From: Mytilus trossulus
Taxonomy: Eukaryota
Assembly (NCBI RefSeq): GCF_036588685.1
Contig: NC_086384.1
Coordinates: 10,292,001-10,356,000, forward strand
Length of the DNA stretch: 64,000 nucleotides
Reading direction: 5' to 3'
Shown here: positions 13,559 to 27,750 of the stretch, in pieces
Position numbering within the stretch: the stretch's first letter is position 1
Layout of the letters: every line of letters begins with the position of its first letter
Position numbers and translations under genes: made by a program
The notes under the pieces: generated by a model
Seen by the model: the letters and a program-made list of their open reading frames with translations, nothing else
What the model was told of the DNA's origin: nothing
Database searches by the model: none

Positions 13559-14579
13559 AGCAAAAGGCGGGAAAAATTGACTACATAACCTTTAAAATAT
13601 TTTGATGGATAACTATCTATTTTTACTTTTTTTTTCTATTGATATTTTTCTTAGTTTAATCAACATTATCATCTTTAATGTTTGATGGTTTGGGCATTTA
13701 CTGTGCATAAATACCTTTAAATAAATTATGAAACAATCTAATTAAAATATTGATCTCTGATTACGTTATACTACATATGCTGATATGTAGTATAATTAGA
13801 ATGATCATGAAATAAAATATAATTAGTTGAAAGCTTTTTTGTGTTTGGTTATTTTGTATGTTATTTAACCTACATCTGTCCAGTTTGCAAGTTAAGAAAT
13901 GACACATATAATGACCCCTTTAAACGAAAACTTCTTATTTGTCAACATAGATATAACAATAATGAACTACATATCGCCTGACATAAATAAAGTTGGACTT
14001 TGTACTTTTGTTCATTCAGAAGTTGGATGTTTATATTTCGGTCGAAAGTACTGACTAATCTAATCCATATCTAAATTTTAGATTATATGTCATTCAAGAT
14101 TCTATATCGCATCTATAAAAAGGCAGTTTTTTTGTGTATTATAATACTTTACAATTTATGTCTAATTCTCACCAATGCAAAATTATTTCTAATTATCTTT
14201 TTAGTTGATTGGTGCTTGTTTATAACGTCTAGTAGCAAATATTTCCTGCATATTTCGGACGAGAACGAATTTATAACTAATTGTTTAGGAATGTCCTGTA
14301 ATAGGGTTTGGAATCAGGAATGCAACTTTAATATGAGGGCAATGGGTATGTAGTGTGGACAGTAATAAGTCTTGCATCAGGTCGGTCAGCTACCGTAAAT
14401 GATCTCTAATATAGATATAGGAAGATGTGGTGTGAGTGCCAATGAGACAACTCTCCATCTCATAGCATGCTTAGAGTTGGTGCAAGAGTTTCAACGTGCA
14501 TAGAACGTGGCACACTTTTAACAAGAGACATCGGATTTGATGTCCCCATATTCTAACCAGACTTGGCCGGAAATATTCA

Positions 14580-14870
14580 TAAACATGTTTAACCCCGCCG
14601 CATTTTTGCGCCTGTCCCAAGTCAGGGGCATCTGGTCTTTGTTAGTCTTGTATTATTTTAATTTTTAGTTTCTTGTGTACAATTTGGAAATTAGTATGGC
14701 GTTCATTATCACTGAACTAGTATATATTTGTTGATGGGCCAGCTGAAGGACGCCTCCGGGTGCGGGAATTTCTTACATGGAAGACCTGTTGTTGACCTTC
14801 TCCTGTTGTTTTTTCTATGGTCGGGTTGTTGTCTCTTTGATACATTCCCCATTTCCATACTCAATTTTAT
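14580..14870 (-). repeat. High-copy interspersed repeat, family B (...gtcgggttgttgtctctttgacacattccccatttcc...)
   Basis: Related copies at about 2660-2735, 11655-11740 (opposite strand), 25820-25975, 51380-52010, 59680-60270. Confidence 0.8.
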
Positions 14871-15616
14871 ATACCGCACAGTCAAACACTAGACGCCCCA
14901 CTTTGGCAAGCTTTTTGGTGTTGATCGGGAAAAGACCAAGAGATATCCGTATTTCAATACCCAAGTCAATACTTCGGGTAGGACTTCTAGAAACTGTGAA
15001 TTTAAGACATTATCATATGGAACCAGGATAGAACTAGCTTCCACCACGCGAACTTAGAAAAATATTATGTTTTGTGAAAAGTGATTTTTCTAATTAAAAA
15101 TAACATAAAATTATCTGGCTTTTCAGCGTTTCCTCTTTCTCACTGCGTGTTATATAATTTGCATGAAATAGTTATTTGGTACTGTAACAGATTGGTAGCT
15201 TGTAGTAGTCCTCTTATTTATTTCCTTAAAATTGCCGTTTTATAAAATTAAGTGTTGTCTCGTTAAATTTTTTTTAGAGTCCAAATGTCCAATATAAAAA
15301 CGTGACCCCCTCCCAAAAACCATAAACTTAAAAAAAAACTTAAAAAAAAAAAATTATATATACAATAGCTTATTTTATGAATGAACTTATTTCAGTACCG
15401 TTCAATGTATTTTTATTTTATTTTAGTACTTTCTAATTCAAAATAAGTCTTACTACTTTTAATTTGTTTTTCTATCATAACTACTCGTATCATATGTCGT
15501 ACGACACCTAGAGGTGTTAAAGATTAATTAACCATTGAGATTAATTAGGGCTACCTGTAGGCGCTTGACATAATAAGAGTCTTTCGCGGAATAGACTATA
15601 ACTCAACAAAATTTTA

Positions 15617-15637
15617 TGACGTCATATAATATATAAA
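15617..15637 (+). promoter_or_regulatory. CRE palindrome (TGACGTCA) next to a TATA box, core promoter candidate for paralogue 1
   Basis: TGACGTCA at 15617-15624 and TATATAAA at 15630-15637, about 80-100 bp upstream of the ATG at 15718. Confidence 0.55.
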
Positions 15638-15717
15638 TAGATAGTGTAGCGACCTGTCAAAACATTATACACGTTGTTGCGAACAAGGCTGGATCAATAC
15701 TAAAAAAATCTGTAAAG

Positions 15718-18700
15718 ATGAAACCACGTTCTAGGATATATGTTACAAGACAGATTCCGCAAGGAGCATTCGATGTTTTACTGGAAGACGGCAATGTTTC
15801 CTTTTGGAATAGCCATGAGCCGGTTCCTAGAGGCGAACTATTAAATAACATACAAGGCGTGGATGCACTTTTGTGTATGCCAACAGACAAAATAGATCGG
15901 GATGTTTTGGATAGGGCAGGTATGTAACTGTTTTATTACTACTATCTTCAGTATTCAGGAAAAAACGAAAAAAAAACTCGTGTGATGGGGGAAAATATAT
16001 ATTAAAATTGTCGTGTTACCAAATTATTTAAGGAACAGCTGATCGGCAACCTTGAGTCAGCCAATCAGATTGCTTTAAATCCACACACCTCTTAAAACAT
16101 GTTGTTAGTTGCTAATCAATATCAATATGTCACGTACACTTATGAAGTTTTATATTCTAAATGAAATATCAACGATATCTTATCATACCTATTTCTTATT
16201 CTTATGATGAATCCGATTCTTAGATAATATTTTTTGTGGGTTAGAAAAAAGGGGGAGGGGGTTATGGACTGGACTTTGGCTTGTCAGACTATAATAGAAA
16301 AATCATAAACTCGTTTATGTTTGCTTCTTTCTAAAGTAACAATATTTATTTTCTTAATATAAAATATGAAACGCTGTCGTATTATTTTGGTTTATTTAAA
16401 AGGAAGGCGTTCTTGTCACTCGTTGTATGAGTAACTTTTATTCATCGAAGCGATGTTTACAAACCCTTCACAGTGTAAGTGGCATCTTACAGAATATGTG
16501 GCATCTTCGAAGATTATATTAGATGCTGCATCTCACCTTTTTTGGACCCGCTTTTGTTTTTCTTCTAAGTGTTCAACTAAGTGTACAATTGTGTTCAAAT
16601 CCCTTATCCTAGTTAGAAAATTAGATGTACACAAAAAAAATTATGTATTTGTGTCAAGAAAGACCTCTGTACTTTAACAATGTGAATGTTTGCAGTTATC
16701 TTGACACAAGTACAGGTATGAGATCAAAGTCCACTTTCTCTGACCTCTTATGACCAGGTAAAGATAGATAAAAGTCACCTGAGTAAATATTCTTCCTATC
16801 TCACAAAGACATAACACATCTCTGTCTGTATTTTGACGGGATATATTATTGACAAAAACAGCACGTCTTAAGATCAAGGATAAACAAACTTAAGAAATTT
16901 AGGTCACCATCATACATACATGTATATGTAGAAGTATCTGTGACATCGTTTGAGAGTTGAAATGATACCTTCGTGATCGGTCTTGTACCTTAATTGTTTT
17001 CTTTTAAACATAGTGATACAATTTATACATATATATTAGCTTTTTTGATTTATAATTCATTTTATTTTCCGTGTCACCCCATTTTTGGTTTCTCATTCCG
17101 TACTTTTTTTTTCAAAAGAAAATAATACAAAAGAAAATAATAATGATTTTGACATGCATACTTGAGCAATTTAATTTACAAAATACTAAAAAGGATTTAC
17201 CTCCTTCTGAGAAATTAATAAATAGAAAATAGGACTTCCTTGTTAAAAAAATCTTGGAGTTCAAAACCCAGGTTTCAAAATCAAAGTTGAACTCAATTGA
17301 GACGGATTCAGGGTAAAGTGTTTTATGTCATTTTTTAAAATAAAAAAGAAGAGAGATCAGAGGGACACAGTTTTCTCCTTCATTTTTGTATATAAAATGA
17401 TATTCCAGAGAATATTTTGCTTCTGACACCGTATCTTTCACTGACTGCCTACTAGCTAAGCATACACGTGCACCACAATTAATAAAGGTTATTTGAAAAT
17501 ATTTAAATCATTTCAATATTGAAACTTAATAATGTTCTCAATCAAATTCTTTCAATATTGAAACTTAATAAATAAATGTTTTCAATCAAATTCTAGAATG
17601 ATATTTGTAATTTAGAATTTTAAATAGTAATTACTACTTTATTGTACATGTCATATAATATAAACATATTTTTTTGTGACAAAGAATAAAAACAAAATAA
17701 TACAAAGAGATAAGTAATTCCATAAAAAGAACTGACATTGTAATTGTGTAATGAGATTGTGGGATACATGTAGTTCCGACATGAGGTTAGAAGGATTGGG
17801 ATTAACTCTATTGTTCAATATTAAATTTAGATAACCCTAATGACGTTTTAGTCTATAATAATTCTATTAAAAGATCATGGTCATACCGGATTTAAAAAAT
17901 AACAACTCGACATGGTATCGAATAAAATACGTCATCATAGGCACACATGAGGAAGTATATACCGCACTAAAGAATTATTATAGATAAACCGATCGTAATA
18001 CTATTTAATCCGGTTTTGTCATGTTTGAGTTGTTGTCTTAACTTTATGAAAACATATATAATCATACGTTTTTTGATTGAGTTAAGTCTGCCAATTGATA
18101 TTTTATCGTATGTTTTTATATGTTGTGATGTTATGCTATTGTTTCAGAAAAAGGGAGAAGGTTTGGGCCCATTAAAACGTTTAATCCCGCTGCAAATGTT
18201 TGCACCTGTCCTAAGTCAGGAATCTGATGTACAGTAGTTGTCGTTTGTTTATGTAATATATACGTGTTTCTCGTTTCTCGTTTTATTTATATAGATTAGA
18301 CCGTTGGTTTTCCCGTTTGAATGGTTTTACACTGTTATTTTGGGGCCCTTTATAGCTTGTTGTTCGGTGTGAGCCAAGGCTCCGTGTTGAAGGCCGTACT
18401 TTAACCTATAATGGTTTAATTTTTGAATTGTTGTTTGGATGGAGAGTTGTCTCATTGGCACTCACACCACATCTTCCTATATCTAATAAATACATTATTA
18501 GCGTAACTTAATTTAACCGATGATAAAATAAATTAAGAATATAAGTTGTATGGTTTATACTGACCCCATACGGATCCATAGAGGATTAGTAAAATCCATA
18601 ATGGGTTAGGCCGAAAGGACGAATTATCTATAGATTTTACTAACCCTCTACGGATCTGTGGTGGTTCAGTAGTGAATCGAACAACAGCTGTTTCGCACAC

Positions 18701-20144
18701 AGAACTTTTTCTGTCAAGTTTGGTATAAAAATACAAATTCATTTAATAGATGCCGTCACCAGTTATAAAATCTCTTGACCAATGTTGGTGATAGGGGGTC
18801 ACCACATGACGGTGTTAAACCAGTCACAACGTACTTACTTACCCAATTCAAAGTGCGATAAATAACTTAGTTCAAAGTAACAGTTGACAGTCCCCTTGTA
18901 AATTCAATGTGTCCAAGGTTAAATAAAGAATTTGAATATAATTTATATATTGACAGAAAATGTCATATATACAAATATTAGAAAAGTTTTATTTATTTTC
19001 AGGTCCATCTTTAAAAGTGATTGGAACATTATCTGAACTTTGTGATCACATAGATGTAGACGAATGTAAAAGACGTAATATCCAAATTATCACCATGCCG
19101 TCCATATCTACAGAAATTGTAGCTGATTTAACGGTAGCTGCACTTGAGGGACAGTTAATGTCAATTGAAGGTAAACAACGATATATATTAGAGTTATCCC
19201 CCGTTGACCACTTTGAGAAAAAAAGTTTTGAATTTTTTAGCTTCATTTTGATTTTGTTCTTTCAAGTAACATGATATGTTTTTGTTTGAAACATATACTT
19301 TTTTCATCAGTGTGAAAATCGTTGGCAAAAATATGTAACAACTGTAAATATGTTTTGATTTCTGTTACGCAATCAGAAGTTATTACATACATTTACAATA
19401 CGATTGTTTCTAAGACAACAGAGTACAATATACATACTACATTTAAGTGCATTTTGTTTATCACAACAACAACATTACAGATATGATAGTTATGACTTCC
19501 ATGTTTCTGAACTTATAAACACGATAAAACATTGTCTTTTTTATTTTCCAGACGTTAATGCAAATGAGTCAATAAATAAGAATGACGTAATACAAAAAAT
19601 GTACAAAGGCAAGACACTGGGACTTATTGGACTTGGGAGCACTGCTGTTGCCATTGGTAAACGATTACGTGAAAAGGGCATCGCAGACATTAAATACAGT
19701 GATTTTACAGTCAAATCAGCACAAGAAATAGAAATAGGAGCCAATTATGAAGAATTTGAAAAAGTTTTAGAGGAATCTGACATCATTTGTATCTGCTGCA
19801 GAGGAAACAATAAAAACAGTGAACTATTTTACAAGGACGCTTTTAAAAAAATGAAGAAATCGGCCATCTTAATCGATGCAGCACGTGGTCATGTAATTAA
19901 CTACTATGATTTATACGAGGCCTTACGTGAACAACATATATCTGCTGCCGCTGTGGACTTGAGAGAGCAGGGAAAGATCCCTTACAAAGATCAATTGTTA
20001 GGATTAAATAACTGTATATTCGTTCCGTATCAAGAATCTAATCGCTGGGACAAGAGAAGCAAAATTTCTGCAGTTGTATCAAACAAAATTGTTGCAATCT
20101 TACAAATGGGTTGTATTCCTGAGAATTGTCCAGTGTCTGGCTAA
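15718..20144 (+). CDS. GRHPR-like D-2-hydroxyacid dehydrogenase paralogue 1, divergent and probably catalytically inactive; exons 15718-15919, 19003-19170, 19552-20144; 320 aa
   Basis: Two phase-1 GT-AG introns at the same positions as in paralogues 2 and 3; 963-nt spliced frame; YVTR, LLCM.TDKID, DIICICC and MK..A.LI..ARG motifs; GLGSTA, DLREQGK and PYQE replace GxGxxG, DVTEPEP and PHMG. Confidence 0.88.
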
Positions 20145-22239
20145 TGTTCGCTTGTTTCATTTTGTTGGTTCAAACTTTTTTTCACGCATCGAACAACATT
20201 GCATATGATTGAATTAATTTAAGCAGTGTACATGTACATACACATTTTCCACCATTCATTGAGCTATTAGATTTGAGAATGTTGGCCGTTACTTTATAAA
20301 ACATCTCAGAACGCTTGGTAGAAATTTTGATGTTCTTGTTGCAAGTTTTATGTATATAAAGATAGTTTATTTTTACTTCTGTTTCGTCAATATATATATA
20401 TTTTTTTTTATATCAGTTTTATTAATATACCAAATAATGAAGCTCATACACAAAAAGTATCCCACTGGACCATGGCTGTACAATCATCGTGATCAGACCG
20501 ATGCTGTATGTTACTCAGCACGCAAGACACATCTTTCTGAAATGACCTTGCTCTGGAGAACGTTAAAACAATTTTAATACTGTAGCATTACTAATAGAAA
20601 GTGAATAAAAAATGTCAACAAGAAAAAAATATCAAATAAGAAGATACGGTATGGTTGTCAATGAGACATGTACATCTCTCAATCAGAGAACAAATGACAT
20701 AAAGATTTTAAACAACTATATGTTACCGAACTAACCTTCACAATTTCCAAAATCTACATTATGTTCTACATGTACATATCATTTTTAATTTGATTATGAC
20801 TACCTACATTTAGTAAAATAGGATCAATAGGTTGTTTATTTTAATCAATCAATGTTTAAAAAAAAAACCAACATGAAATAAAAATGAGTAAACTATGAAA
20901 AGTAAACACTTGCTTGCCAAACCCCAACATGAAATAAAAATGAGTAAACTTTGAAAAGTAAACCCTTGATTGCTGCACAGATACTCTGTTATCAGATATA
21001 CTTTATTTTAACTTTTGTAATTTAATGTTTTCACTTTAGTTGAATTAGTTAATTTGTATTGTCACAGACATATGATATTTCAGAAACTGGACATTTATCT
21101 ATAGCTAGTATTTAATTTATTCAATACTAATAGACAAGTACGATAATCAATACGCACGAAAACAAATTAAATCGCAATGATTAAAAGTGCGTCTCCGCTA
21201 ACCTAAGCCATGTGGTTTACATATACATGTATGTACATGTTTACAAAGTGATTTAGCAAAAAAAAAATCTTCTTCCTTCTGTCGGTTGAATCACTGTTTA
21301 ACAGGATGAATGGTCACATGGGCGCTGGGGGTGGAAACACTTGTATAAGAACACATTTGATACATATAATGGTATTTTAATGTGTAGACCGATATTTGAA
21401 AGAATGCAACGTACCTACAACTATAGCAGTATTTTGGTGAAAACCACAAGTGGGAGTAATCACTTTTGTACGTATTGCACTTTCTCTTGAGTTTTTATAA
21501 ATGAAAGAACCCATGATTTAATGTAGATATAATATTATAAAATGTGAATATAGGTACACATAAACAACTTGTTACTAGACAGAACAATGATGACATTTTA
21601 TAAATACATGTAATACTATATGGATTTAAGAATTTATTATTGGAAAAAAAAACAACGTCATAAAATCCTCAAGTTTGCCGTCCAATAAAACTTTGAACAA
21701 GATAAGTTCAACATCGAAGAAAGATCTGAGATGGCTTTCGTTGACCCTACATGAGATAGCTATTGTAGAATACAAGTAACATATAACACGCAAATTTTTG
21801 GAATATTGTGCTTTTATAACTGATTTAACTTTTGATTGTTTAATCATCAATGTTTTCTAGAAAGACTAAATATTACACATGTACTCGAAGACGAGATTTT
21901 TGTGCATTTGAAACCCAATCATATATCAATATTTAGACTGGTCTTCGGATATATTTTATAAGTAAACCAGAGTTACCTCCCATTATACATACATTTGATA
22001 CAACTGTTTAAGGATTTATTTTGTTTTTCCAAAATTTCAGCAAAAGTGGCTATTCTTATCATACCACAGAAGAACAAAGGCAATTGTAGACACGATAGAT
22101 AAACAATGTTTTAAAAGGTGCAAGTCATCATCTCCCTGTCTTGTCCCTGTTCTCAGATCACTGGAAAGCTCAAAACTAAATCCCTACTATTAAAACGGTC
22201 CAAAGTGATTTTTTGCTTGCCTTAACTGTATACCACCAT

Positions 22240-22580
22240 GAAGGATAACCAAACTGGGCAAACAAACAAAAATCAGAGCTTTGCATGAGAAGATACGTTC
22301 CTCAATTTTTGAAAATTTCCAAAATTTTGTTACAGCATATTTTAACAACACAAAATGCCAGTACCCGAAGTACTGGCTAATGGGATGGCCGATTGGGGGT
22401 ACACTCCCACCAGCAGAGGCATTGAACCAGTGGTAGTAATACATGTAACATAAACGATGACAATTTTTCTGCAACAGATGCGCATTTCAACAATCAATGT
22501 CCATCCAGTGATGCTCAAGGCTCAACTCATTTGAAAATCCAAAGCTTATCAAAAGGATGGCGAGCTATTAACTAAAAAGT
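22240..22580 (-). mobile_element. Decayed retrozyme of a second family, with a degenerate hammerhead at 22471-22516
   Basis: Shares ccgaagt...ccaccagcag.ggcat.ga.ccagtggt with 42461-42535; minus strand reads gagcatca-CTGGATG-gaca..tgtt-GAAA-tgcgca-TC-tgttgc. Confidence 0.65.
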
Positions 22581-23222
22581 GGATAACTGTAACAATACTG
22601 AAATTAATATAACATCTGATTAAATATTCAATTACGAACAATATTTTTTTCAAGTTATTATGCATGATGATACTTACATGCATTTTATATGAACTTCAAA
22701 GGGTAGAGTAAATTTTACCCAAATTACTACTTCCTGAATATTCATGAAGTACTTGCCACTGGACAAACAACAAACCAGCCTTAAGAATCAGATCCATGTC
22801 AAGAAGTTGCTTTGCAAATGTCTTGCATGTTTTTATCAGCAGTACTTTAAGAACATAGACCACGATTTAAAATATAAATCAAGTCCTAGCTTATTCACTA
22901 AGGGAAGTTAGACATGTTTTTGATGTGTTTTAATGCTCAGGTAAATGCATTCAGTCAGACTTGATGCATTCATGTTGCATAATCTGTAGCACTTTGGCAT
23001 TAACGCATGTGCACACATATGTACCGAGAAGACCTCGCGAGTGATTGTGTTTTTTATCGAGATAACTTTTTTATTTCGTTCATTTAATTGTACAGTAAAC
23101 ATCCTTGTCCTATATTTGGATCAAAATAACAAACCTCAAGGAGAATAGCAATGCGCATGTCAAAATCATATTGACGGGTTATTTTAACTTATAGTCTGAT
23201 TCTTTGAACAACTCCTCGTAAA

Positions 23223-25416
23223 ATGTCTAAACCAAAAGTATACGTTACTCGACGGGTACCGGTTGATGGATTGGAACTTCTGAAACGTAAATGTGAGGTA
23301 CAAATCTGGGATGTCGATGAAGTTATTCCGAGAAAGACTTTATTAGAGAATGTTAAAGGAATTAACGGAATATTCTGTTTGATAACAGAAACGATCGATG
23401 CTGAATTCCTAGATGCTGCTGGTATGTATTTGTAAATGTGCATTTGAATGAATATGAACATAAAATGTATTGTTTAAAACTGATTTTTGTCAGTAAATGT
23501 CTTATCATCCTCTATAAATAAAAACGAAAAATACGCATGTTTTAACAACTATGATATGACTGAAATTGTTAGTCGTTGAAGTACTTATTTTTGAAAAAAA
23601 TTTAGTTGGGGATTAAAGCATTATTACTTTAAAATTAAATTTGGACCCTTTTTCTGAAAAATATGGCGTTGTGTATTCTTTGTGATAAATAGTAAATTTC
23701 TAAAATTCAAATCTTCGTTTACTAAATTCAACAAAAGTGCACTATTGATTGGCTAACATATGACAACAGGATGAAAAGCTATTACTATTATAACAAATAG
23801 AAACCATAGTTTGTTTTCATCTAGTACATTTTATTAATATTTGTAGGTCCTGACCTCAGAGTTGTGGCCACGATGTCCGTTGGGACTGACCATATTGATT
23901 TGAAGGAGTGTAAGAAGAGGGGAGTTTTCGTCTCTAACACACCGGATATAGCTTCGGACAGTGCCGCTGATCTTACTATGGCGCTTGTCCTAATGACAAC
24001 AAGACGTCTTGTTGAAGGTAATAATATAAAAAATATTTATGGGAGAGCTCTTCTTTTCATTCCAAGCCTGTTGCTTTCATTTATATAAGTATATATATAT
24101 AGAGAGATAATGTTGATGTGTGTGGCATGAGCTAAGAAAATATAGCTTCACATATTATTGAAAGGGAAGTGTTAACATTGGTTAGGAAATAAAAACACAT
24201 TTTGATATGACAGGAAATGAAAATACCTGTCGTTATAACTATAAATTGAAATATATGTAGGTATGACAAAAGGTTGACATATATGTAGGTATGACAAGAA
24301 ATGATAATATTGGTCTTAATTATTTTAATTGTTAAAAAAAAGTCGGAATTTAAAATGAAACACTTTTGGAACTGACATGTATTCGTTGTCCAATAACTTA
24401 TTGTAACATTCGAGTAAGTGATGGAGCATGTCTCTAGAGTATCACTGGTTATATATATAATACATGATCACATATATCTTAACATCTTCGTGAAGAGAAC
24501 GGGAGTGGAACGTACGGTAACCCTTGTGAAGAGAACGGAGGTGGATCGTAACCCTTGTGAAGAGAACTGGAGTGGATCGTAACCCTTGTGAAGAGAACGG
24601 GAGTGGGTCGTAACCCTTGTGAAAGAACGGGAGTGGATCGTAACCCTTGCCTAGCGAAGAGGATATCTTAATGGTAGTGCAAGTCAACTGAAATAAATAG
24701 TTGACAATAGTTGTAAACTATAACTAATGTCTTTAAAATACTGGTATATTTATACTACTTGTATGTTTAATGTGAAAATACAATATGTTATCATCAATTA
24801 TAATTTAATGGATTCCTTTTTTTTTCATCTTTAAGGAGTAGATGCTGTTCGACAAGGTCAGTGGACACATTGGAAACCCATGTGGTTATGTGGTTCAAAT
24901 ATGATGTCTAAAACTATTGGTATTCTGGGATTTGGTCGTGTTGGCTTTGGTGTTGCGAGGCGACTTAAACCGTTTGGGGTCAAAGAAATTATTTATAACG
25001 ATATCCGACCACATGAATTCGCAAAAGATATCGCTACCTTTGTCTCGTTTGACGAGATTTTAGAGAAATCAGACATAATTTGCATATGTTGTGCACTGAC
25101 GTCACTGACAAAGGGTTTATTCAATCAAAGTACCTTTAAAAAAATGAAAATGAAACCCGTGTTGATAAATACATCAAGAGGAGGAATTGTTCAACTTGAT
25201 GATTTGCATAATGCGTTAACATCCGGTCAGATTTCAGCGGCTGGACTTGATGTCACCGAACCGGAACCTCTTCCGTCGGACCACCCATTGGTGTCTTTAC
25301 CGAATTGTGTCATTTTACCTCACATGGGTACTAACACGAATGAAGCAAGGAAGAGTATGTCAATAAACACAGCAAAAAACATTTTGGCGGTCCTTGATCT
25401 TACTGATTCGGATTGA
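23223..25416 (+). CDS. GRHPR: Glyoxylate/hydroxypyruvate reductase-like (D-2-hydroxyacid dehydrogenase) paralogue 2; exons 23223-23421, 23847-24017, 24836-25416; 316 aa
   Basis: 951-nt spliced frame with GT-AG introns; TMSVG, GFGRVG, NTSRG, AGLDVTEPEP and LPHMG all intact (Arg/Glu/His triad). Confidence 0.93.
24484..24660. repeat. About 30-bp minisatellite (gtgaagagaacgggagtggatcgtaaccctt) x5 in intron 2 of paralogue 2
   Basis: Direct periodicity; the unit matches the right arm of the palindromic element at 27450-27528. Confidence 0.9.
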
Positions 25417-26815
25417 ATGAGTTATACTTATTTGCTCTTTTTCAAAAATTGGATGCAATTGTATTCGTTTTTTTGACATTTTTTTAAAGACAGTATCTAT
25501 GGCACATCAAACGATTTTTGTATTGGAAGGCACGCTTATCTATAATTATTCTAATCATTATACACACAAGGTGGATGCAATAAATAATAGCTTTTACTTT
25601 GTTTCAATAAAGCATTTTGCAAAGTACAGTGTTCGTTTCCGTTCGTAGTGACTACAAACAGAAACATATATGTCTGTGCTATAAAACATGTAAAAATGTG
25701 TAAAATATGATAGTGTTGTGAGATTATAGGTCAATTAACTTTTAAATTTGATTATAGATTATCTTAAATAAAATGTTGAACTGACTACTTCTACATCATA
25801 ATCTGTCAAAATTGTTCAATAGTTCACTGAACTAGTACACAATTACATATAGGGGCCAGTTGAGGACCACCTCCGGTTACGGGATTTGCGTTGCAGACAT
25901 TTCTATGGCCTTCGGCTGTTGTCTGCTATTTGGTTGTTGTTTCTTTGACATATTTCCTATTTCCATTCTCAATAATTGTATACGCCCAATATCAGGACCT
26001 ATAACTGAGACTCAAAACCAGACTTGTTTCCATTTATCAATATATATTTTTGCTCGACAGTTGTTAATTGCTAGTAAAGTATTGAGAACATGCATGTACT
26101 TTTGAAATATATCAAATAACTGCGGATCATCCACTCCATCTAATTGCGTCATTCTCCGAACATTGATACCAGCACAGGGCTTGACAGAGTATGTAAATTA
26201 TCACTTGTCTAGAAATGAAAGAAATGAAATTAAAAAAAGTATAATATGACAGTTTTGGCTTGATTTTAAGATCTTTAGAAGTTCGGCAAAATATGCGGGC
26301 GCAATATCATAGGAGTTGAAGTTGAAGTTACATTTTTCCCGCACATGCAACCGTAAAGGTTAACTGATTGATGCCACAGTGATAATATATACTTTCACAT
26401 AGATAGTTGCATGTGTAACTGTAGTCGTGTTCAGACATAACAGACCATTTTAGCACAGGATTAATCCGTTGACCTGTATTTGCAATAGCCAATTTTTGCG
26501 AAAACCTAACTAACCATGCATACTAAAATCATGAACAATAATCCATGCTGACTTAACGTTAAGTTGTTTGTATGTTCACTTGTGTCCATCATGGAAATAA
26601 TGTTGTTGAAACGAAAGGCCTTCTAAGATGATACGCACAGAGTTCCAGAGGTTGGATGAGTTTGCAACTTGCTTTTTACAGAAAAAGACGTAGAGCACAT
26701 CTTCCTCTTACGAAATATAGACAAGAAAAACATGAAGCACTGTCAAAAATGAATATACAATCCGCGAATAAAGAAATTTGAGAACTTTGTAGTTGTCACC
26801 CAGCTATTCAAGTTC

Positions 26816-27750
26816 TTAGCTCACCTGGCCTAAAGGGTCAATAGAGCTTTTCTTATCACTTTGCGTCCGTCGTCGTCGTCCGTCGTCGTTAACTCACACA
26901 AAAATCTTCTCCTTTGAAACTCCAAAGCCAAATTTAACCGAACTTGGCCGGCCCACAATCATCATTGGGTATCTCATTTAAAAAAAAAATGTGTTCAGTG
27001 ACCCAGCCAACCAACCAAAATGGCCACCATGTCCAATAATAGGACATAGGGTTAAAATGTAAGTTTTGGCTAATATCTCTGAAACCAAAACATTTAGAGC
27101 AAATCTGACAGGGTAAAATTGTTATTGAGGTTAAGATACATCTGCCCTGAAATTTTCACATGAATCGGACAACCCGTTGTTGGGTTGCTGTCCCTAAATT
27201 GGTAATTTTAAGAAAATTTTGCCGCTTTTGGTTATTATCTTGAATATTATTATAGATACAGATAAACTGTAAACAGCAATAATGTTCATCAAAGTAAGAA
27301 CTACAAATAAGTCAACATGACCAAAATGGTTAGTTGACCCTTTAAGGAATTATTGGCCTTAATGGTCTATATTTTACAATCTATATTTTACAAAAATCTT
27401 CTCCTCTGAAATTACAAAGACAAATTTAACCAAAATTAACTTGCCCACAATCTTCGCTAGCCAAGGGTTACGATCCACACCCGCTCTAAGAGAGCAGGAG
27501 TGGATCGTAACCCTTGGCTAGCAAAGATGCTTGCCCACATTCATCATTAGGGTTTTTAGTTTAAAAAATGTGTCCGATGACCCGGTCCGCGAACCAGGAT
27601 GGCTGACATGGTTAAAAATAGTACATAGGGTAAAATGCAGTTTTTGGCTCATATCTGAAAGCGTTTAGAGTAAATCTGACGGATACAATTCTTTATTAGG
27701 TCTAGATCTATCTTCTCTAAAATTTCCAGACCAATCTAGCAACCCGTTTA
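26816..27750 (+). mobile_element. Helentron-associated non-autonomous element (HINE-like), 3'-truncated
   Basis: Starts ttagctcacctggcc, has a (gtc)n tract and internal long tandem units; same family as 53963-55244. Confidence 0.75.
27450..27528. mobile_element. About 79-bp palindromic mini-element nested in the HINE
   Basis: atcttcgctagccaagggttacgatccac / gtggatcgtaacccttggctagcaaagat; cttgcccaca duplicated at 27440-27449 and 27530-27539. Confidence 0.8.

Noticed and set aside
24484-24660. CRISPR-like 30-bp repeats
   Set aside because: No unique spacers, no cas genes, and located in a eukaryotic intron.
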